Assembly (NCBI GenBank): GCA_902464015.1
Contig: CABQHM010000006.1
Span: forward strand, 8,863-72,862
Direction of reading: 5' to 3'
DNA from: an uncultured Coriobacteriales bacterium
Lineage (GTDB): Bacteria; Actinomycetota; Coriobacteriia; Coriobacteriales; UMGS124
Length of the DNA stretch: 64,000 bases
Shown here: piece after piece, positions 29,459 through 39,578 of the stretch
How the letters are laid out: each line of letters opens with the position of its first letter
Numbering within the stretch: position 1 is the first letter of the stretch
The notes under the pieces: model-generated
What the model saw: only the letters and a program-made list of their open reading frames with translations
The model's database searches: none
What the model was told of the DNA's origin: nothing
Translations under genes and position numbers: made by a program

Positions 29459-30391
29459 GTGTCCGTGGATCTGGTTGTCGAACTCTTAAAATCTGCGTTC
29501 CTTGGCCTCGTCGAGGGCATCACCGAGTGGCTGCCGGTGTCCTCGACGGGCCACATGATTCTTGTCGACGAGTTCATCAAGCTCAATGTCACCGAGCAGT
29601 TCTGGAATATGTTCCTCGTTGTCATTCAGCTGGGTGCCATTCTGGCCGTCATCGTGATGTACTTCCACGACCTCAACCCGTTCTCGCCGAGCAAAGGAGC
29701 GCAAGGACGCGCCGCGACGTGGCGCCTGTGGGGCAAGGTCATCTTGGGATGCGTTCCTGCCGCCCTCATCGGTCTTCCGCTCAACGACTTCATGGAGGAG
29801 CACCTCTACAACTCCTATGTGGTCGCTGCAATGCTCATCCTGTACGGCGTCGCCTTCATTCTCATTGAGAACTGGCGCGCCAAGAAGCGCTCCGAGGCTG
29901 CAGACCTTGCAACGACCTCGGGCGGCGCCCACTTCGCCACTCCCGCTGCCCCGCAGGCAGACGCCGACTTCGGCCGCATCACCGACGTTGACGATCTGTC
30001 GTGGAAGACGGCACTGGGCATCGGTTGCTTCCAGGTGCTTTCGCTTGTTCCCGGCACCTCGCGTTCCGGCTCCACCATCATCGGCGGCCTGCTTCTCGGC
30101 ACGTCGCGCTCGGTGGCCACGCGCTTCACGTTCTTCCTGGCAATCCCCGTCATGTTCGGTGCGAGCCTGCTCAAGATCGTGAAGTTCGTGCTTGCCGGCA
30201 ACACCATGGTCGCCGACGAGTGGGCCATCATGGGCGTGGGCCTCGTCGTCGCCTTCGTCGTGTCCCTGGCTGCCATCAACTGGCTTACGGGCTTTGTGCG
30301 CAAGCACGACTTCAAGCCCTTTGGCTGGTACCGCATCTGCCTGGGCATTGTGGTTCTTGCGTACTTTGGCGTCAAGGCCTTCGTGCTCTAA
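29459..30391 (+). CDS. uppP: Undecaprenyl-diphosphate phosphatase
   Basis: GLVEGITEWLPVSSTGHMIL and PGTSRSGSTIIGGLLLG motifs in a polytopic membrane protein. Confidence 0.92.
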   Translation: MSVDLVVELLKSAFLGLVEGITEWLPVSSTGHMILVDEFIKLNVTEQFWNMFLVVIQLGAILAVIVMYFHDLNPFSPSKGAQGRAATWRLWGKVILGCVPAALIGLPLNDFMEEHLYNSYVVAAMLILYGVAFILIENWRAKKRSEAADLATTSGGAHFATPAAPQADADFGRITDVDDLSWKTALGIGCFQVLSLVPGTSRSGSTIIGGLLLGTSRSVATRFTFFLAIPVMFGASLLKIVKFVLAGNTMVADEWAIMGVGLVVAFVVSLAAINWLTGFVRKHDFKPFGWYRICLGIVVLAYFGVKAFVL

Positions 30392-30419
30392 GCGAAGTCG
30401 CCTCATATCGAACGACATG

Positions 30420-30458
30420 AAAAAGGCTCTCGACGGATTTCCGTCGAGAGCCTTTTTT
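30420..30458. terminator. Bidirectional rho-independent terminator between convergent uppP and the SNF2 helicase gene
   Basis: AAAAA-GGCTCTCGACGG-attt-CCGTCGAGAGCC-TTTTTT, a perfect 12-bp stem with A and T tracts on both sides. Confidence 0.88.
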
Positions 30459-30503
30459 GGTGCATGGCAAGATGGGGAAGGCGCCTGGGTCGGCGCCTCA
30501 CGT

Positions 30504-33500
30504 TTAGTCGAGCAGTGCCAGGATGTCTTCCTTGGACAGCGACGTCGACGCCGTTGCCTGTCCGCCCAGGATGGACTCGGCCAGCTCTCGCTTGGACTCC
30601 TGCAGAGCCACGATCTTCTCCTCGATGGTGCCCTGCGCGATGAGGCGCATGACCGAGACGCTGCGCTTCTGACCGATGCGGTGCGCACGGTCGGTCGCCT
30701 GGTTCTGTGCCGCCAGGTTCCACCACGGGTCGTAGTGGATGACAACGTCGGCCGCCGTGAGGTTGAGGCCCACGCCGCCTGCCTTGAGCGAGATGAGGAA
30801 CACCGGCACGTCATCGGTCTGGAACGAGTTGACCAGGCGTGCGCGCTGCTCCTTGGGCGTCGAGCCCACGAGCGTGTGATAGGCCAGGCCGTCTTCCTCA
30901 AGACGCTTGCCGATGACGGAGAGCATGCTGGTGAACTGCGAGAAGAGCAGCACCTTGTGGCCGCCTTCGACAGCCGTGCGGATAAGGTCGAGCGCGGCCT
31001 CGAGCTTGCCCGAGACGCCCTCGTAGTTGTCGTAGAGGATGGCCGGGTCGCAGCAGATCTGGCGCAGCTTGGTGAGCTCGGCCAGGATGGCGAAGCGCTG
31101 CGTGGCGAACTCCTGCGGCATCTGATGGCGCAGGGTCTTCACGAGGTTGGAGGCCACGGCGTCGTAGAGCTTGCGCTGCTCGTCGTCCATGCCCGTGTAC
31201 ACGACAGACTCGTTCTTCTCGGGAAGGTCCTTGAGCACGTCGCCCTTGAGGCGTCGCAGGATGAAGGGGCCGACCATGCACTGCAGGCGATGGGCTGCGT
31301 CTTCGTCTGCGAGGCTGATGGGTTCCTCGAAGCGCTCGTGGAAGTCCTCCACCGAGCCCAGAAGGCCGGGCATCAGGTAGTCGAAGATGCTCCACAGCTC
31401 GGTGAGCCTGTTCTCGATGGGAGTGCCGGTGAGGGCGAAGCGCACCTGGGCGTCGACGAGCTTGGTGCAGCGCGCCGCCTGCGTGGAGGCGTTCTTGATG
31501 TACTGCGCCTCGTCGAGCACCTGGCAGGAGAACTTCTGGGCTGCATAGGCGTCGATGTCGCGCTTGAGCAGCTCGTAAGACGTCACGAGCACGTCGTAGC
31601 CGCGCGAGCACGCGATGATCTGGCGACGCTGGTTCTGCGGGCCCACCACGGCGCAACAGCGCAGGTTGGGGGCGAAGCGCGAAAGCTCGCTCATCCAGTT
31701 GTACACAAGCGAGGCGGGGCACACCACGAGGTTGGGCAGCTCAAAGCTGGCCTCGTGACGCGAGAGCAAGAAGGCGATCATCTGAAGCGTCTTGCCCAGG
31801 CCCATGTCGTCGGCCAGGATTGCGCCGAAGCCAAGGTTCGCCAGCGTGGAGAGCCACTTGAAACCCTCGCGCTGATAGGGGCGCAGCACCCCGCGCAGGC
31901 TCTCGGGCTCGACGAAGTCGGCGTCGGCAATCGAGTCGAACTGGCGGATGATGGAGCGGAAGCCCTCGTCGCGGTCGAAGCGCACGCCGTCGGAGCGCTT
32001 GAGGATGGAGTCGACGAACAGGGCGCGGTTGAGCGGTATGCCCGTGGTGCCCTGGGCGAGCTCCTCGGCGCCGATGCCCAGGCCGCCTGCCAGCTCAACA
32101 AGGGCCTGAAGACCACCTCCAAGCTGCACGATGTCGCCGTCGGCCAGGCGCACGTAACGCTCGCGGCGCTGGTAGGCGTTAAGGTAGTCCTGCAGCTCGC
32201 GGGGGGTGAGGTCGGTGGAGTCGACCGAGATGTCGAGCAGGCCCGAGCGCAGCGAGGCCTTCACGCGCACGTTGGGCACGCGACGCACGTGAATCGATTT
32301 GAGCTCGCTGCTCACCAGGACGGTGCCCAGCTCGTTGAGCTCCGGTAGGCCCTCGCTCAACAGGCGCTGCAGGGCCTCGGTGTCCGTCTCGGGGAAGCGC
32401 AGCTGGCCTTCTTCCATGGGGAAGTAGGAAAGAACAGCCTGTCGGGCTGCCCCCTCGCGCGCCATGTCGCGCAGGGGCTGCTTGGGTGCGGGCGCGGCGA
32501 AGAGGTTGAGCTCGTCGTGCGCGTAGGACACGGTGGCCTCGCAGCACACCTGGCCGGCACGGATCGACATCTTGAAGCCGATTTCTGCAGGCGGCGGCGT
32601 GAGGTCGTCGACGCTCTCGTCCGTCTCGAAGCTTGCGTAGGCGCGGATGGCGGGCAGCACGGCGGCGCAGAAGCCCGGCATGTCCTTCACGCGGATGTGG
32701 TAGGGCGACTCGCAGGGCAGCAGCGACTTGCACAGGCCGCCCATCTGGGCGCGGAAGTCGTCGCTGCACTTCCAGGCGCGACCGTCGATGAGCAGGTACA
32801 TGCGCTTGTCGTCCATGACGCAGTTGGCGCCCGAGGGCATGACGAGGTCGAAGCCGCCGCGCGCGCCCTTCTCAAGCGACACGGGCAGCTCGGGGTCGCC
32901 TTCGAGCACGTCGAGCTGAACGGGCTTGTTCGGCTCGCCGTTGGTGGGCTCGTAGAAGACCTTTGCGCCCATGTAGGCGTCGAGCAGGTCGGCGACGTCG
33001 GCATCAGCCAGGCCCACAGTGCGCGACACGGCGTCGTAGCCGCTGGCCCAGTAGCCCGCCTGACGCATACGAGAGGCCTGCTGGGTGTGCAGCACGCGGG
33101 CAAACACGGCCATGGCGTCGTTGGCACGGCGCGTGAAGGCGTCGTGGCTGTGCACGAATTCGAGCTCTTTGCCATAAGCATAGAGTGACTCGCGTTCCCA
33201 GGCGCTCACTGCCTCGTCGAGCCTGCGCACGGCATAGGACACCTTGCCCGCGCGAACCTTGAGCGTCGCTTCCCAGGCGCTCGTCTTGGCGGCGTCGCTG
33301 GCGGCGCTGCGGCAGGTCTTAGGGATGATGGTGACCTCGACGTCGGCGATTTCCTTCGAGGCCCCATGGTGCGCCAGGGCCGTGCCTGCCATGTCGGGCA
33401 GCGTTGAGCCCACGTTGGAGTAGGCGAAGATGATGTTGCTGATCTGCGGGGAAGTCTGGCTCTCGCGCACTTGGGTGCCTGCACCCAGGGCGGCGAGCCT

Positions 33501-33941
33501 GCCGGGCTGGTTGGAGCGCATCTGGTCGAGGACCTTGTCGGTCTGCGCCGCAAGCGAGCTCGTTTTGCTGGCCGCGGCGCTCGCTGCGTCGGGCTTGGAG
33601 GCCGCGGCGGGGGCGGCAGCCTGCACTTTGGGTGCCGCCGGCGTGGCGGGCTTCATGTCCTGGTAGCACAACAAGAGGCACACGCCGTGCTTGCACAGCT
33701 CGTCGGTCGCGCCGCCGCATGTGCAGGTGTGGGACACTATCTCGTTTCGCGCCAGGTCGATCTGTGCGCTTGCATGATACGTCTGTGCGCCGTCGGCGAC
33801 GTCTCCTTCAACCGTGAGACGGCTGGCGTCAGCGGACTTCGACGGGGAGACGTTGCTTGCCCCGCCGCGTGCGACGAGCCTCTCTCCGCGTGTGAACGTC
33901 TGACGGCCGCACGCATCCATAACCATTGAATCCCAGCTCAA
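30504..33941 (-). CDS. SWIM zinc-finger / SNF2-family helicase (bacterial YwqA/RapA-like) with an SNF2-associated middle region
   Basis: N-terminal SWIM CTCGGATDELCKH, SNF2_N motifs LRPYQREGFKWL, ILADDMGLGKT and VLDEAQYIKN, plus Helicase_C FLISLKAGGVGLNLTAADVVIHYDPWWNLAAQNQATDRAHRIGQ. Confidence 0.88.
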   Translation of the reverse strand: MSWDSMVMDACGRQTFTRGERLVARGGASNVSPSKSADASRLTVEGDVADGAQTYHASAQIDLARNEIVSHTCTCGGATDELCKHGVCLLLCYQDMKPATPAAPKVQAAAPAAASKPDAASAAASKTSSLAAQTDKVLDQMRSNQPGRLAALGAGTQVRESQTSPQISNIIFAYSNVGSTLPDMAGTALAHHGASKEIADVEVTIIPKTCRSAASDAAKTSAWEATLKVRAGKVSYAVRRLDEAVSAWERESLYAYGKELEFVHSHDAFTRRANDAMAVFARVLHTQQASRMRQAGYWASGYDAVSRTVGLADADVADLLDAYMGAKVFYEPTNGEPNKPVQLDVLEGDPELPVSLEKGARGGFDLVMPSGANCVMDDKRMYLLIDGRAWKCSDDFRAQMGGLCKSLLPCESPYHIRVKDMPGFCAAVLPAIRAYASFETDESVDDLTPPPAEIGFKMSIRAGQVCCEATVSYAHDELNLFAAPAPKQPLRDMAREGAARQAVLSYFPMEEGQLRFPETDTEALQRLLSEGLPELNELGTVLVSSELKSIHVRRVPNVRVKASLRSGLLDISVDSTDLTPRELQDYLNAYQRRERYVRLADGDIVQLGGGLQALVELAGGLGIGAEELAQGTTGIPLNRALFVDSILKRSDGVRFDRDEGFRSIIRQFDSIADADFVEPESLRGVLRPYQREGFKWLSTLANLGFGAILADDMGLGKTLQMIAFLLSRHEASFELPNLVVCPASLVYNWMSELSRFAPNLRCCAVVGPQNQRRQIIACSRGYDVLVTSYELLKRDIDAYAAQKFSCQVLDEAQYIKNASTQAARCTKLVDAQVRFALTGTPIENRLTELWSIFDYLMPGLLGSVEDFHERFEEPISLADEDAAHRLQCMVGPFILRRLKGDVLKDLPEKNESVVYTGMDDEQRKLYDAVASNLVKTLRHQMPQEFATQRFAILAELTKLRQICCDPAILYDNYEGVSGKLEAALDLIRTAVEGGHKVLLFSQFTSMLSVIGKRLEEDGLAYHTLVGSTPKEQRARLVNSFQTDDVPVFLISLKAGGVGLNLTAADVVIHYDPWWNLAAQNQATDRAHRIGQKRSVSVMRLIAQGTIEEKIVALQESKRELAESILGGQATASTSLSKEDILALLD

Positions 33942-34062
33942 TGATCCTCCTTTTGGGTCGTTCGTGCCAGTCGGTCAATTCTAGCGCTCTTTTCAGCCAT
34001 TTGCACTCAGGGATGCAATGCACGTCAAACGTGTATGGGTCGTGAGCGCATGGGGCGCTCGG

Positions 34063-34092
34063 CTGAAAGGCTGTCCGGGGCGATGGTAGACT
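34063..34092 (+). promoter_or_regulatory. Candidate promoter of pcrA (extended -10)
   Basis: CTGAAA (-35-like, 34063-34068), an 18-nt spacer, then TGgTAGACT (34084-34092). It lies 58 nt upstream of ATG 34151. Confidence 0.35.
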
Positions 34093-34150
34093 GACCCTCC
34101 AAAACGACGTTCGCCCCACATTGCCGTCTGCGACGCAGGAAGGCTGTTTC

Positions 34151-36556
34151 ATGACGATAGACATCGACTCGCTCAACCCCGCGCAAAAAAGCGCCGTGCT
34201 CAAGGTGGAGGGCCCGCTGCTCGTGCTGGCAGGTGCCGGCTCGGGAAAGACGCGCGTGCTGACGTACCGCATCGCCCACATGCTGGAGGACCTGGGCATC
34301 ATGCCCTGGCAGATCCTCGCCATCACCTTTACCAACAAGGCCGCCCGTGAGATGAAGGAGCGCCTGGAGCGCCTCCTTGAGGGCAGGAGCATGCGCGGCA
34401 TGTGGGTGTGCACGTTCCACGCCATGTGCGTGCGCATGCTGCGCATCGACTGCGCCCGCCTGGGCTACGGCGACTCGTTTGCCATTTACGACGACGACGA
34501 TTCCAAGCGCCTCGTCAAGTCCATCATGGCCGACCTGCGCATCGACGAGAAGCGCTTTCCCTTGAATGCCGTGCGCTCCCAGATCTCCTCGGCGAAAAAC
34601 GAGCTTCTCGACCCGGCGGACTTCGCCGCCCGCGCCAACACCCCGCCCGAGAAGGTCGCCGCGAGCGTGTATGAGGAGCTTCAGCGCCGCCTGGCCCGCG
34701 CCAACGCCATGGACTTCGACGACCTGCTCGTCAACGCCTATCGCCTCCTGCGCGACAACCCCGACATTCTCGAGCAGTACCAGGAGCGCTTCCGTTACAT
34801 CAGCGTCGACGAGTATCAGGACACGAACCGCGCCCAGTATCAGATCACGAGCCTTTTGGCCGGCAAGTACCAGAACCTCATGGTCGTTGGCGACGACGAC
34901 CAGTCCATCTACTCGTGGCGCGGCGCCGACATCCGCAACATCCTCGACTTTGAGAAGGACTACCCCGGCGCTGCGGTGGTGAAGCTCGAGCAGAACTACC
35001 GCTCGACCGGCCACATCCTCGACGCGGCCAACGCCGTCGTCGCCCACAACACCGAGCGCAAGGAGAAGCGCCTGTTCACGGCCGCAGGCGACGGCGAGAA
35101 GGTGAAGGTCTGCCTCAATCGCGACGAGATCGCCGAGTCAAACTACATTTCCGGCCAAATCAAGGGCCTGCACGACAAAGGCGTCTCCTACAGCGACATC
35201 GCCCTTTTCTATCGCACGAACGCCCAGTCGCGCGTTTTGGAAGACGGCCTGGTGAAGGCCGGCATCCCGTACACTATCGTGGGTGGCACGCGCTTCTTCG
35301 ACCGCATGGAGATTCGCGACCTCACGGCTTATCTCAAGCTTGCCGTCAACCCCTCCGACGACGTGTCGGCCCGCCGTGTCATCAACAAGCCGGCGCGCGG
35401 CATCGGCGCCACCTCCCAGGACCGCATCGCCCAGATTGCCCGAGAGCGCGGCTGCACCTTCGTGCAGGCTTGCGGCGAGTTTGCGCTGGGCGACTACGGC
35501 GCCACGTCTCGCATCCGCAATTCCATCCTGCACTTCTTGCAGATCATCGAGGAGTCACAGACCTTCCAGGGCGACGTCGACCAAATCGTCGAGGCCATTG
35601 CGGCCAAGTCCGGCCTGGTAGACGCCCTGCGTGCTGAGAACACTGACGAGGCGCGCGACCGTATGGAGAACATCCAGGAGTTTGTGGGCGTCGCCAAGGA
35701 GTACGTCGACACGCACCAGGACACCCAAGAGGAGCTCCTGAGCAACGCCGAGGTGCTAGCCGAGGCTGCAGGTGGCACCGCCGCGGCCGCCCAGCCTGCC
35801 GACACGCTGTGGGAGGCCGCCGAGGAGGAGGACCCTGTCGCCGGCGAGCTGAGCCTGCCGGGCTTCATGGAATGGCTTGCCCTGCGTACCGACCTCGACG
35901 CGGTGGGCGAGGGCGAGGCCTGCGTCACGCTCATGACCGTCCACGCCGCCAAGGGCCTGGAGTTCGACAACGTGTTCGTCGCCGGCATGGAGGAGGGCGT
36001 CTTCCCCCACGTGAGCGACTTCAGCGCCGACGAGTCCAAGCTCGAGGAGGAGCGCCGACTTGCCTACGTCGCCATCACGCGCGCCCGCAAGTGCCTGTGG
36101 CTCTGCTATGCGCAGATGCGCCGCCTCTACGGCAACCAGCAGCACAACCGCCGCTCTCGCTTCATCGACGAGATTCCAGCCGAGCACACGGTGAGCGTCG
36201 GTGTGGGCAGCGAGAGCTTCGAGGGCTTCGGCTACGACAGGCGAGGGTCGCGCCATGGCATTCTCGGCGCGGGCCACAGCACCGAGGTGTACGGTGGCAG
36301 CGTCTTTGGCAACCGCACCCGTTCCTCGGGCGGCGGCGCTTCGACCTCCGAGCTGCCGGCTCCGCGCGTGGCCACTCCCAGCTATTCCAACGCGGCGGCA
36401 AGCGCCGTGTGGAACGTGGGCGACCGCGTGAACCACAAGAAGTTCGGCCCAGGCACGGTCATTGCCTCCAAGGGCGACCAGATAACGGTGCAGTTGGACA
36501 GCGGCGCCACCAAGACGCTGCTCAAGGGCTATGCGCCCATCGTGAAGATCGGCTAG
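34151..36556 (+). CDS. pcrA: ATP-dependent DNA helicase PcrA/UvrD
   Basis: LNPAQKSAV...VLAGAGSGKTRVLTYRIAH, ISVDEYQDTN, EQNYRST, TVHAAKGLEF, and a Tudor-like C-terminal domain (GDRVNHKKFGPGTVI). Confidence 0.93.
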   Translation: MTIDIDSLNPAQKSAVLKVEGPLLVLAGAGSGKTRVLTYRIAHMLEDLGIMPWQILAITFTNKAAREMKERLERLLEGRSMRGMWVCTFHAMCVRMLRIDCARLGYGDSFAIYDDDDSKRLVKSIMADLRIDEKRFPLNAVRSQISSAKNELLDPADFAARANTPPEKVAASVYEELQRRLARANAMDFDDLLVNAYRLLRDNPDILEQYQERFRYISVDEYQDTNRAQYQITSLLAGKYQNLMVVGDDDQSIYSWRGADIRNILDFEKDYPGAAVVKLEQNYRSTGHILDAANAVVAHNTERKEKRLFTAAGDGEKVKVCLNRDEIAESNYISGQIKGLHDKGVSYSDIALFYRTNAQSRVLEDGLVKAGIPYTIVGGTRFFDRMEIRDLTAYLKLAVNPSDDVSARRVINKPARGIGATSQDRIAQIARERGCTFVQACGEFALGDYGATSRIRNSILHFLQIIEESQTFQGDVDQIVEAIAAKSGLVDALRAENTDEARDRMENIQEFVGVAKEYVDTHQDTQEELLSNAEVLAEAAGGTAAAAQPADTLWEAAEEEDPVAGELSLPGFMEWLALRTDLDAVGEGEACVTLMTVHAAKGLEFDNVFVAGMEEGVFPHVSDFSADESKLEEERRLAYVAITRARKCLWLCYAQMRRLYGNQQHNRRSRFIDEIPAEHTVSVGVGSESFEGFGYDRRGSRHGILGAGHSTEVYGGSVFGNRTRSSGGGASTSELPAPRVATPSYSNAAASAVWNVGDRVNHKKFGPGTVIASKGDQITVQLDSGATKTLLKGYAPIVKIG

Positions 36557-36566
36557 CGAAAGGGGC

Positions 36567-37883
36567 GTGTGCGAGGTGGATCAAGTGGACGAGAAGGACG
36601 AGAGGCCTGTGGCGGGCAAGGCTGTGTCGCATGCGGCCGTGGACTGGCTGGGTGTGAAGGCCGGCGGTGGCGATGCGGGCCCCAAGCGCTCCGAGGAGGT
36701 GCGCACGCTGGTCATGCCCCTTGTGTTCTTGGCGGCGGGCATCGCGGCGCTCGTCAAGGGCTGGCTGGTGGCAGGCATCGTGCTGCTCGTGCTCGGCGTG
36801 GGAATGCTTGTGTTTCAGATTGTGTTGGGTGCCCTCTTCGTGAAGTACGTGCTGCGCAAAGGCGCCAACGTGTTCCGCCTTCTTGCGGTGCTCATGCAGC
36901 CCGATGTGGCGCATCGCGGTGTGGGCCCGGCTGCGAATGCCGGCGCGACCGTCGACGACCATGAGGCGCAGGTTGACGCCGCCGTTGGTTTCGGACTCAC
37001 GCGCGCGGCGGCCGAGGGCGGCTTCTTCTGCGCGGGCATGGATTCCGACCTCGTGCAAGCCCGTCGGGCCAACGTGCTCGAGGAGCGTGCAGCCACCTAT
37101 GCATGGCTCCAAGAGGGCTCTGGTTGGGTCGAGGTGCACACCGCCGCGCCTGACGGCGTGGACCTTGTGGGCCACGCCTGGGTTTGCGATGCCGCATCTA
37201 TGCGATGGGCCGTGCTGTGCCACGGGTACGCCGGCACGTGGGACTCGATGCTTCAGTACACCCGCCATTGGGCGCAAGCCGGTTACAACCTGCTCGTCGT
37301 CGAGATGCGCTGCCACGGCGCAAGCGAGGGCAAGCTCATCGGCATGGGTGTGCTCGACGGTCCCGACGTTGTTGCATGGGCGCGCCGCCTGGAGGCGGGC
37401 CTGCCTGGCATGCCTGCGGCCCGCGATGTCGTGCTCATGGGCCACAGCATGGGAGGTCACGCCGTCCTTGTCGCTGCCGGCGACGAGGGGCTTCCCTCCT
37501 GCGTGCGCGCCGTTGTCGCGGACTGCCCCTTCGACCGCGCATGGTCGTCCTTCGCGCACATGCTCGACTCGGCGGGGCTGCCCGTGCATCCCACGCTTGA
37601 GATTGTGCGCCGCCACCTGCGCCTCATCCCCGGCGGCTACGACATCGTCCCCGACGACGCGGCTCAAAGCGTGGCGCGCGCCAAGGTGGGGGTGCTGCTT
37701 GTGCACGGGACGCTCGACTCATCGGTGGCTCCCGCCTGCACGCGCAGGCTCTACGAGGCGGGCGGTCCGGGCAAGCGCGACGTGCTCCTTGTCGAGGGGG
37801 CCGGCCACTGCCAGGCGAGCCTAGTTGCGCCTAATGCGTATTGGTCGCGCGTCCTGGGCTTTGCTGAGGCTTGCGTGCGGTAG
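36567..37883 (+). CDS. Membrane-anchored alpha/beta hydrolase
   Basis: N-terminal TM segments (LVMPLVFLAAGIAALVKGWLVAGIVLLVLGVGMLVF), a nucleophile elbow GHSMGG, and LLVHGTLD...GAGHC, consistent with a Ser-Asp-His fold. The start is uncertain. Confidence 0.7.
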   Translation: MCEVDQVDEKDERPVAGKAVSHAAVDWLGVKAGGGDAGPKRSEEVRTLVMPLVFLAAGIAALVKGWLVAGIVLLVLGVGMLVFQIVLGALFVKYVLRKGANVFRLLAVLMQPDVAHRGVGPAANAGATVDDHEAQVDAAVGFGLTRAAAEGGFFCAGMDSDLVQARRANVLEERAATYAWLQEGSGWVEVHTAAPDGVDLVGHAWVCDAASMRWAVLCHGYAGTWDSMLQYTRHWAQAGYNLLVVEMRCHGASEGKLIGMGVLDGPDVVAWARRLEAGLPGMPAARDVVLMGHSMGGHAVLVAAGDEGLPSCVRAVVADCPFDRAWSSFAHMLDSAGLPVHPTLEIVRRHLRLIPGGYDIVPDDAAQSVARAKVGVLLVHGTLDSSVAPACTRRLYEAGGPGKRDVLLVEGAGHCQASLVAPNAYWSRVLGFAEACVR

Positions 37884-37949
37884 ACTTTGCATGTTTGTAT
37901 GGACTGGCCCCGATGGGCCAGCATGAACCTTTTGAAGAGGAGAGAACCC

Positions 37950-38882
37950 ATGAGCAAGATTCTGGTCTTTGGCCACAAGAACCCCGACAACGACGCCATC
38001 ATGTCCGCCGTCGTGTATTCCCAGCTCGCCAGCGTTCTCGACCCGGCCAACGAGTACGTTGCCTGCCGCCTGGGCGAGATGCCCGGCGAGAGCGCTGCCC
38101 TGCTTGAGAAGCACGGCGTCGCCGCCCCTCAGTTCCTCGAGAAGATCGAGCCTGCCGACGAGAAGGTCAAGGTCGTCCTGACCGACCACAACGAGCTCGG
38201 CCAGACCGTCGAGGGCATCGAGAACGCCGAGGTCGTGGGTGTCATCGACCATCACCGCATCGCCGACCTCACCACTGCCCAGCCCACGCTCTTCATCAAC
38301 GTCCCCTGGGGCTCCACGTGCTGCATCATCGCCAAGCTCTTCGAGGTCACGGGCACGCCCATGAGCGACGCCCAGGCCGCCATGCTGCTTGCTGCCATGA
38401 TGACCGACACCGTCATGCTCAAGTCTCCCACCACCACCGACGCTGACCGTGCCATCGCCGCCAAGCTCGGCGCCCAGATCGGCGTCGACCCCGTCGCCTA
38501 CGGCGCACAGGTGTTCAAGAGCCGCGGCGCCGACGGCTTCACGCCTGCTCAGATGGTTGCCCGCGACATCAAGAAGTTCGAGATCGGCGGCAAGGCCGTC
38601 TTCATCGGCCAGTATGAGACCGTGAACAAGGAGCCCGTCCTTGCCCAGGCCGACGAGCTGCGCGCCGCGATGGAGGAGTACCGCACTGCCAACGGCGGCG
38701 ACACCCTCGTGCTGTGCGTGACCGACATCATCGAGGAGGGCTCCCAGGTCTTCGTCGTGGGCGAGCCCGAGGTTGTCGAGCGCGGCCTCAACATCACCGT
38801 CGTGCCCGAGGGCGTCTGGATGCCCGGCGTGCTTTCCCGCAAGAAGCAGGTTGCCGCCCCGCTCATCGAGGCTGCGAACTAG
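37950..38882 (+). CDS. ppaC: Manganese-dependent inorganic pyrophosphatase (family II, DHH)
   Basis: MSKILVFGHKNPDNDAIMSAVVY, VLTDHNE, VIDHHR, and MLLAAMMTDTVMLKSPTTT. RBS GAAGAGGAGAG. Confidence 0.92.
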   Translation: MSKILVFGHKNPDNDAIMSAVVYSQLASVLDPANEYVACRLGEMPGESAALLEKHGVAAPQFLEKIEPADEKVKVVLTDHNELGQTVEGIENAEVVGVIDHHRIADLTTAQPTLFINVPWGSTCCIIAKLFEVTGTPMSDAQAAMLLAAMMTDTVMLKSPTTTDADRAIAAKLGAQIGVDPVAYGAQVFKSRGADGFTPAQMVARDIKKFEIGGKAVFIGQYETVNKEPVLAQADELRAAMEEYRTANGGDTLVLCVTDIIEEGSQVFVVGEPEVVERGLNITVVPEGVWMPGVLSRKKQVAAPLIEAAN

Positions 38883-38887
38883 TACGC

Positions 38888-39487
38888 ATGTCTGGCACGC
38901 CGCTTTTGCTGCATGCCTGTTGTGGGCCCTGCTCGCTCGAACCCTTGCGGGTTCTGCGCGAGCAGGGCTTTTTGCCCACAATAGTGTATGTCAACCCTAA
39001 CATTCAGCCCTACGACGAGTACGTGCGCCGCCTTGAGACGCTGCGTTCCTGGGCGGCGGGGGAGAACGTCGAAGTGGTCGAGGGGCCCTACGAGGCTGAG
39101 CGTTGGGAGCGTGAGGTCGCGCGGTACGGCACAAACCGTCTGGCGCGCTGTCAGGCGTGTTATCGCCTGCGCCTGGAGGGGGCGGCAACCCTGGCCGCCG
39201 AGCTCGGGTGCGCCCATATGTCCACGACGCTTGCGGTCTCTCCTTACCAGCTCTTCGACGCCTGCGGAGCCGAGCTTGGGCAAATTTGTGCACGTGCGGG
39301 CCTCACTGCCGTCTGGCAGGATTTCCGTCCGCTGTACCCCCAGGCCACGACGCGCGCCAAGGAACTGGGACTGTATCGGCAGAACTACTGCGGGTGCCGT
39401 TTTTCTGCCGCCGAGGCTGCCCTTGAGCGCTGCCAGGCCCGCGAGGTGCGCACGCTGCAGCGCGACCTCGGACGTGCATGCACGTAG
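38888..39487 (+). CDS. queH: Epoxyqueuosine reductase QueH (DUF208)
   Basis: LLLHACCGPCSLEP at the N-terminus and CQACYRLRL...NYCGCRFS Cys motifs are typical of QueH. ATG 38888 lies 5 nt after the ppaC stop. Confidence 0.85.
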   Translation: MSGTPLLLHACCGPCSLEPLRVLREQGFLPTIVYVNPNIQPYDEYVRRLETLRSWAAGENVEVVEGPYEAERWEREVARYGTNRLARCQACYRLRLEGAATLAAELGCAHMSTTLAVSPYQLFDACGAELGQICARAGLTAVWQDFRPLYPQATTRAKELGLYRQNYCGCRFSAAEAALERCQAREVRTLQRDLGRACT

Positions 39488-39578
39488 ATTCTCCACTTGC
39501 GTGCGTTTCTGCCCATGCCGCCCTGGGGTTGGGCGCTAGACTTCCCCTATCTCTTCTACCTGCATGGGAGCTGTGTAT

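Noticed and set aside
30504-33941. The SNF2 helicase as part of a phage-defence system (DISARM/BREX/Zorya-like).
   Set aside because: No methyltransferase, nuclease, PLD, DUF1998 or other partner genes are adjacent. The neighbours are uppP and pcrA. The SWIM + SNF2_assoc + SNF2 architecture matches the stand-alone housekeeping YwqA-like family.
38714-38887. The 5' extension of the queH ORF overlapping the end of ppaC.
   Set aside because: It is an out-of-frame overlap with conserved ppaC sequence. The QueH homology (LLLHACCGPCS) begins immediately after ATG 38888.
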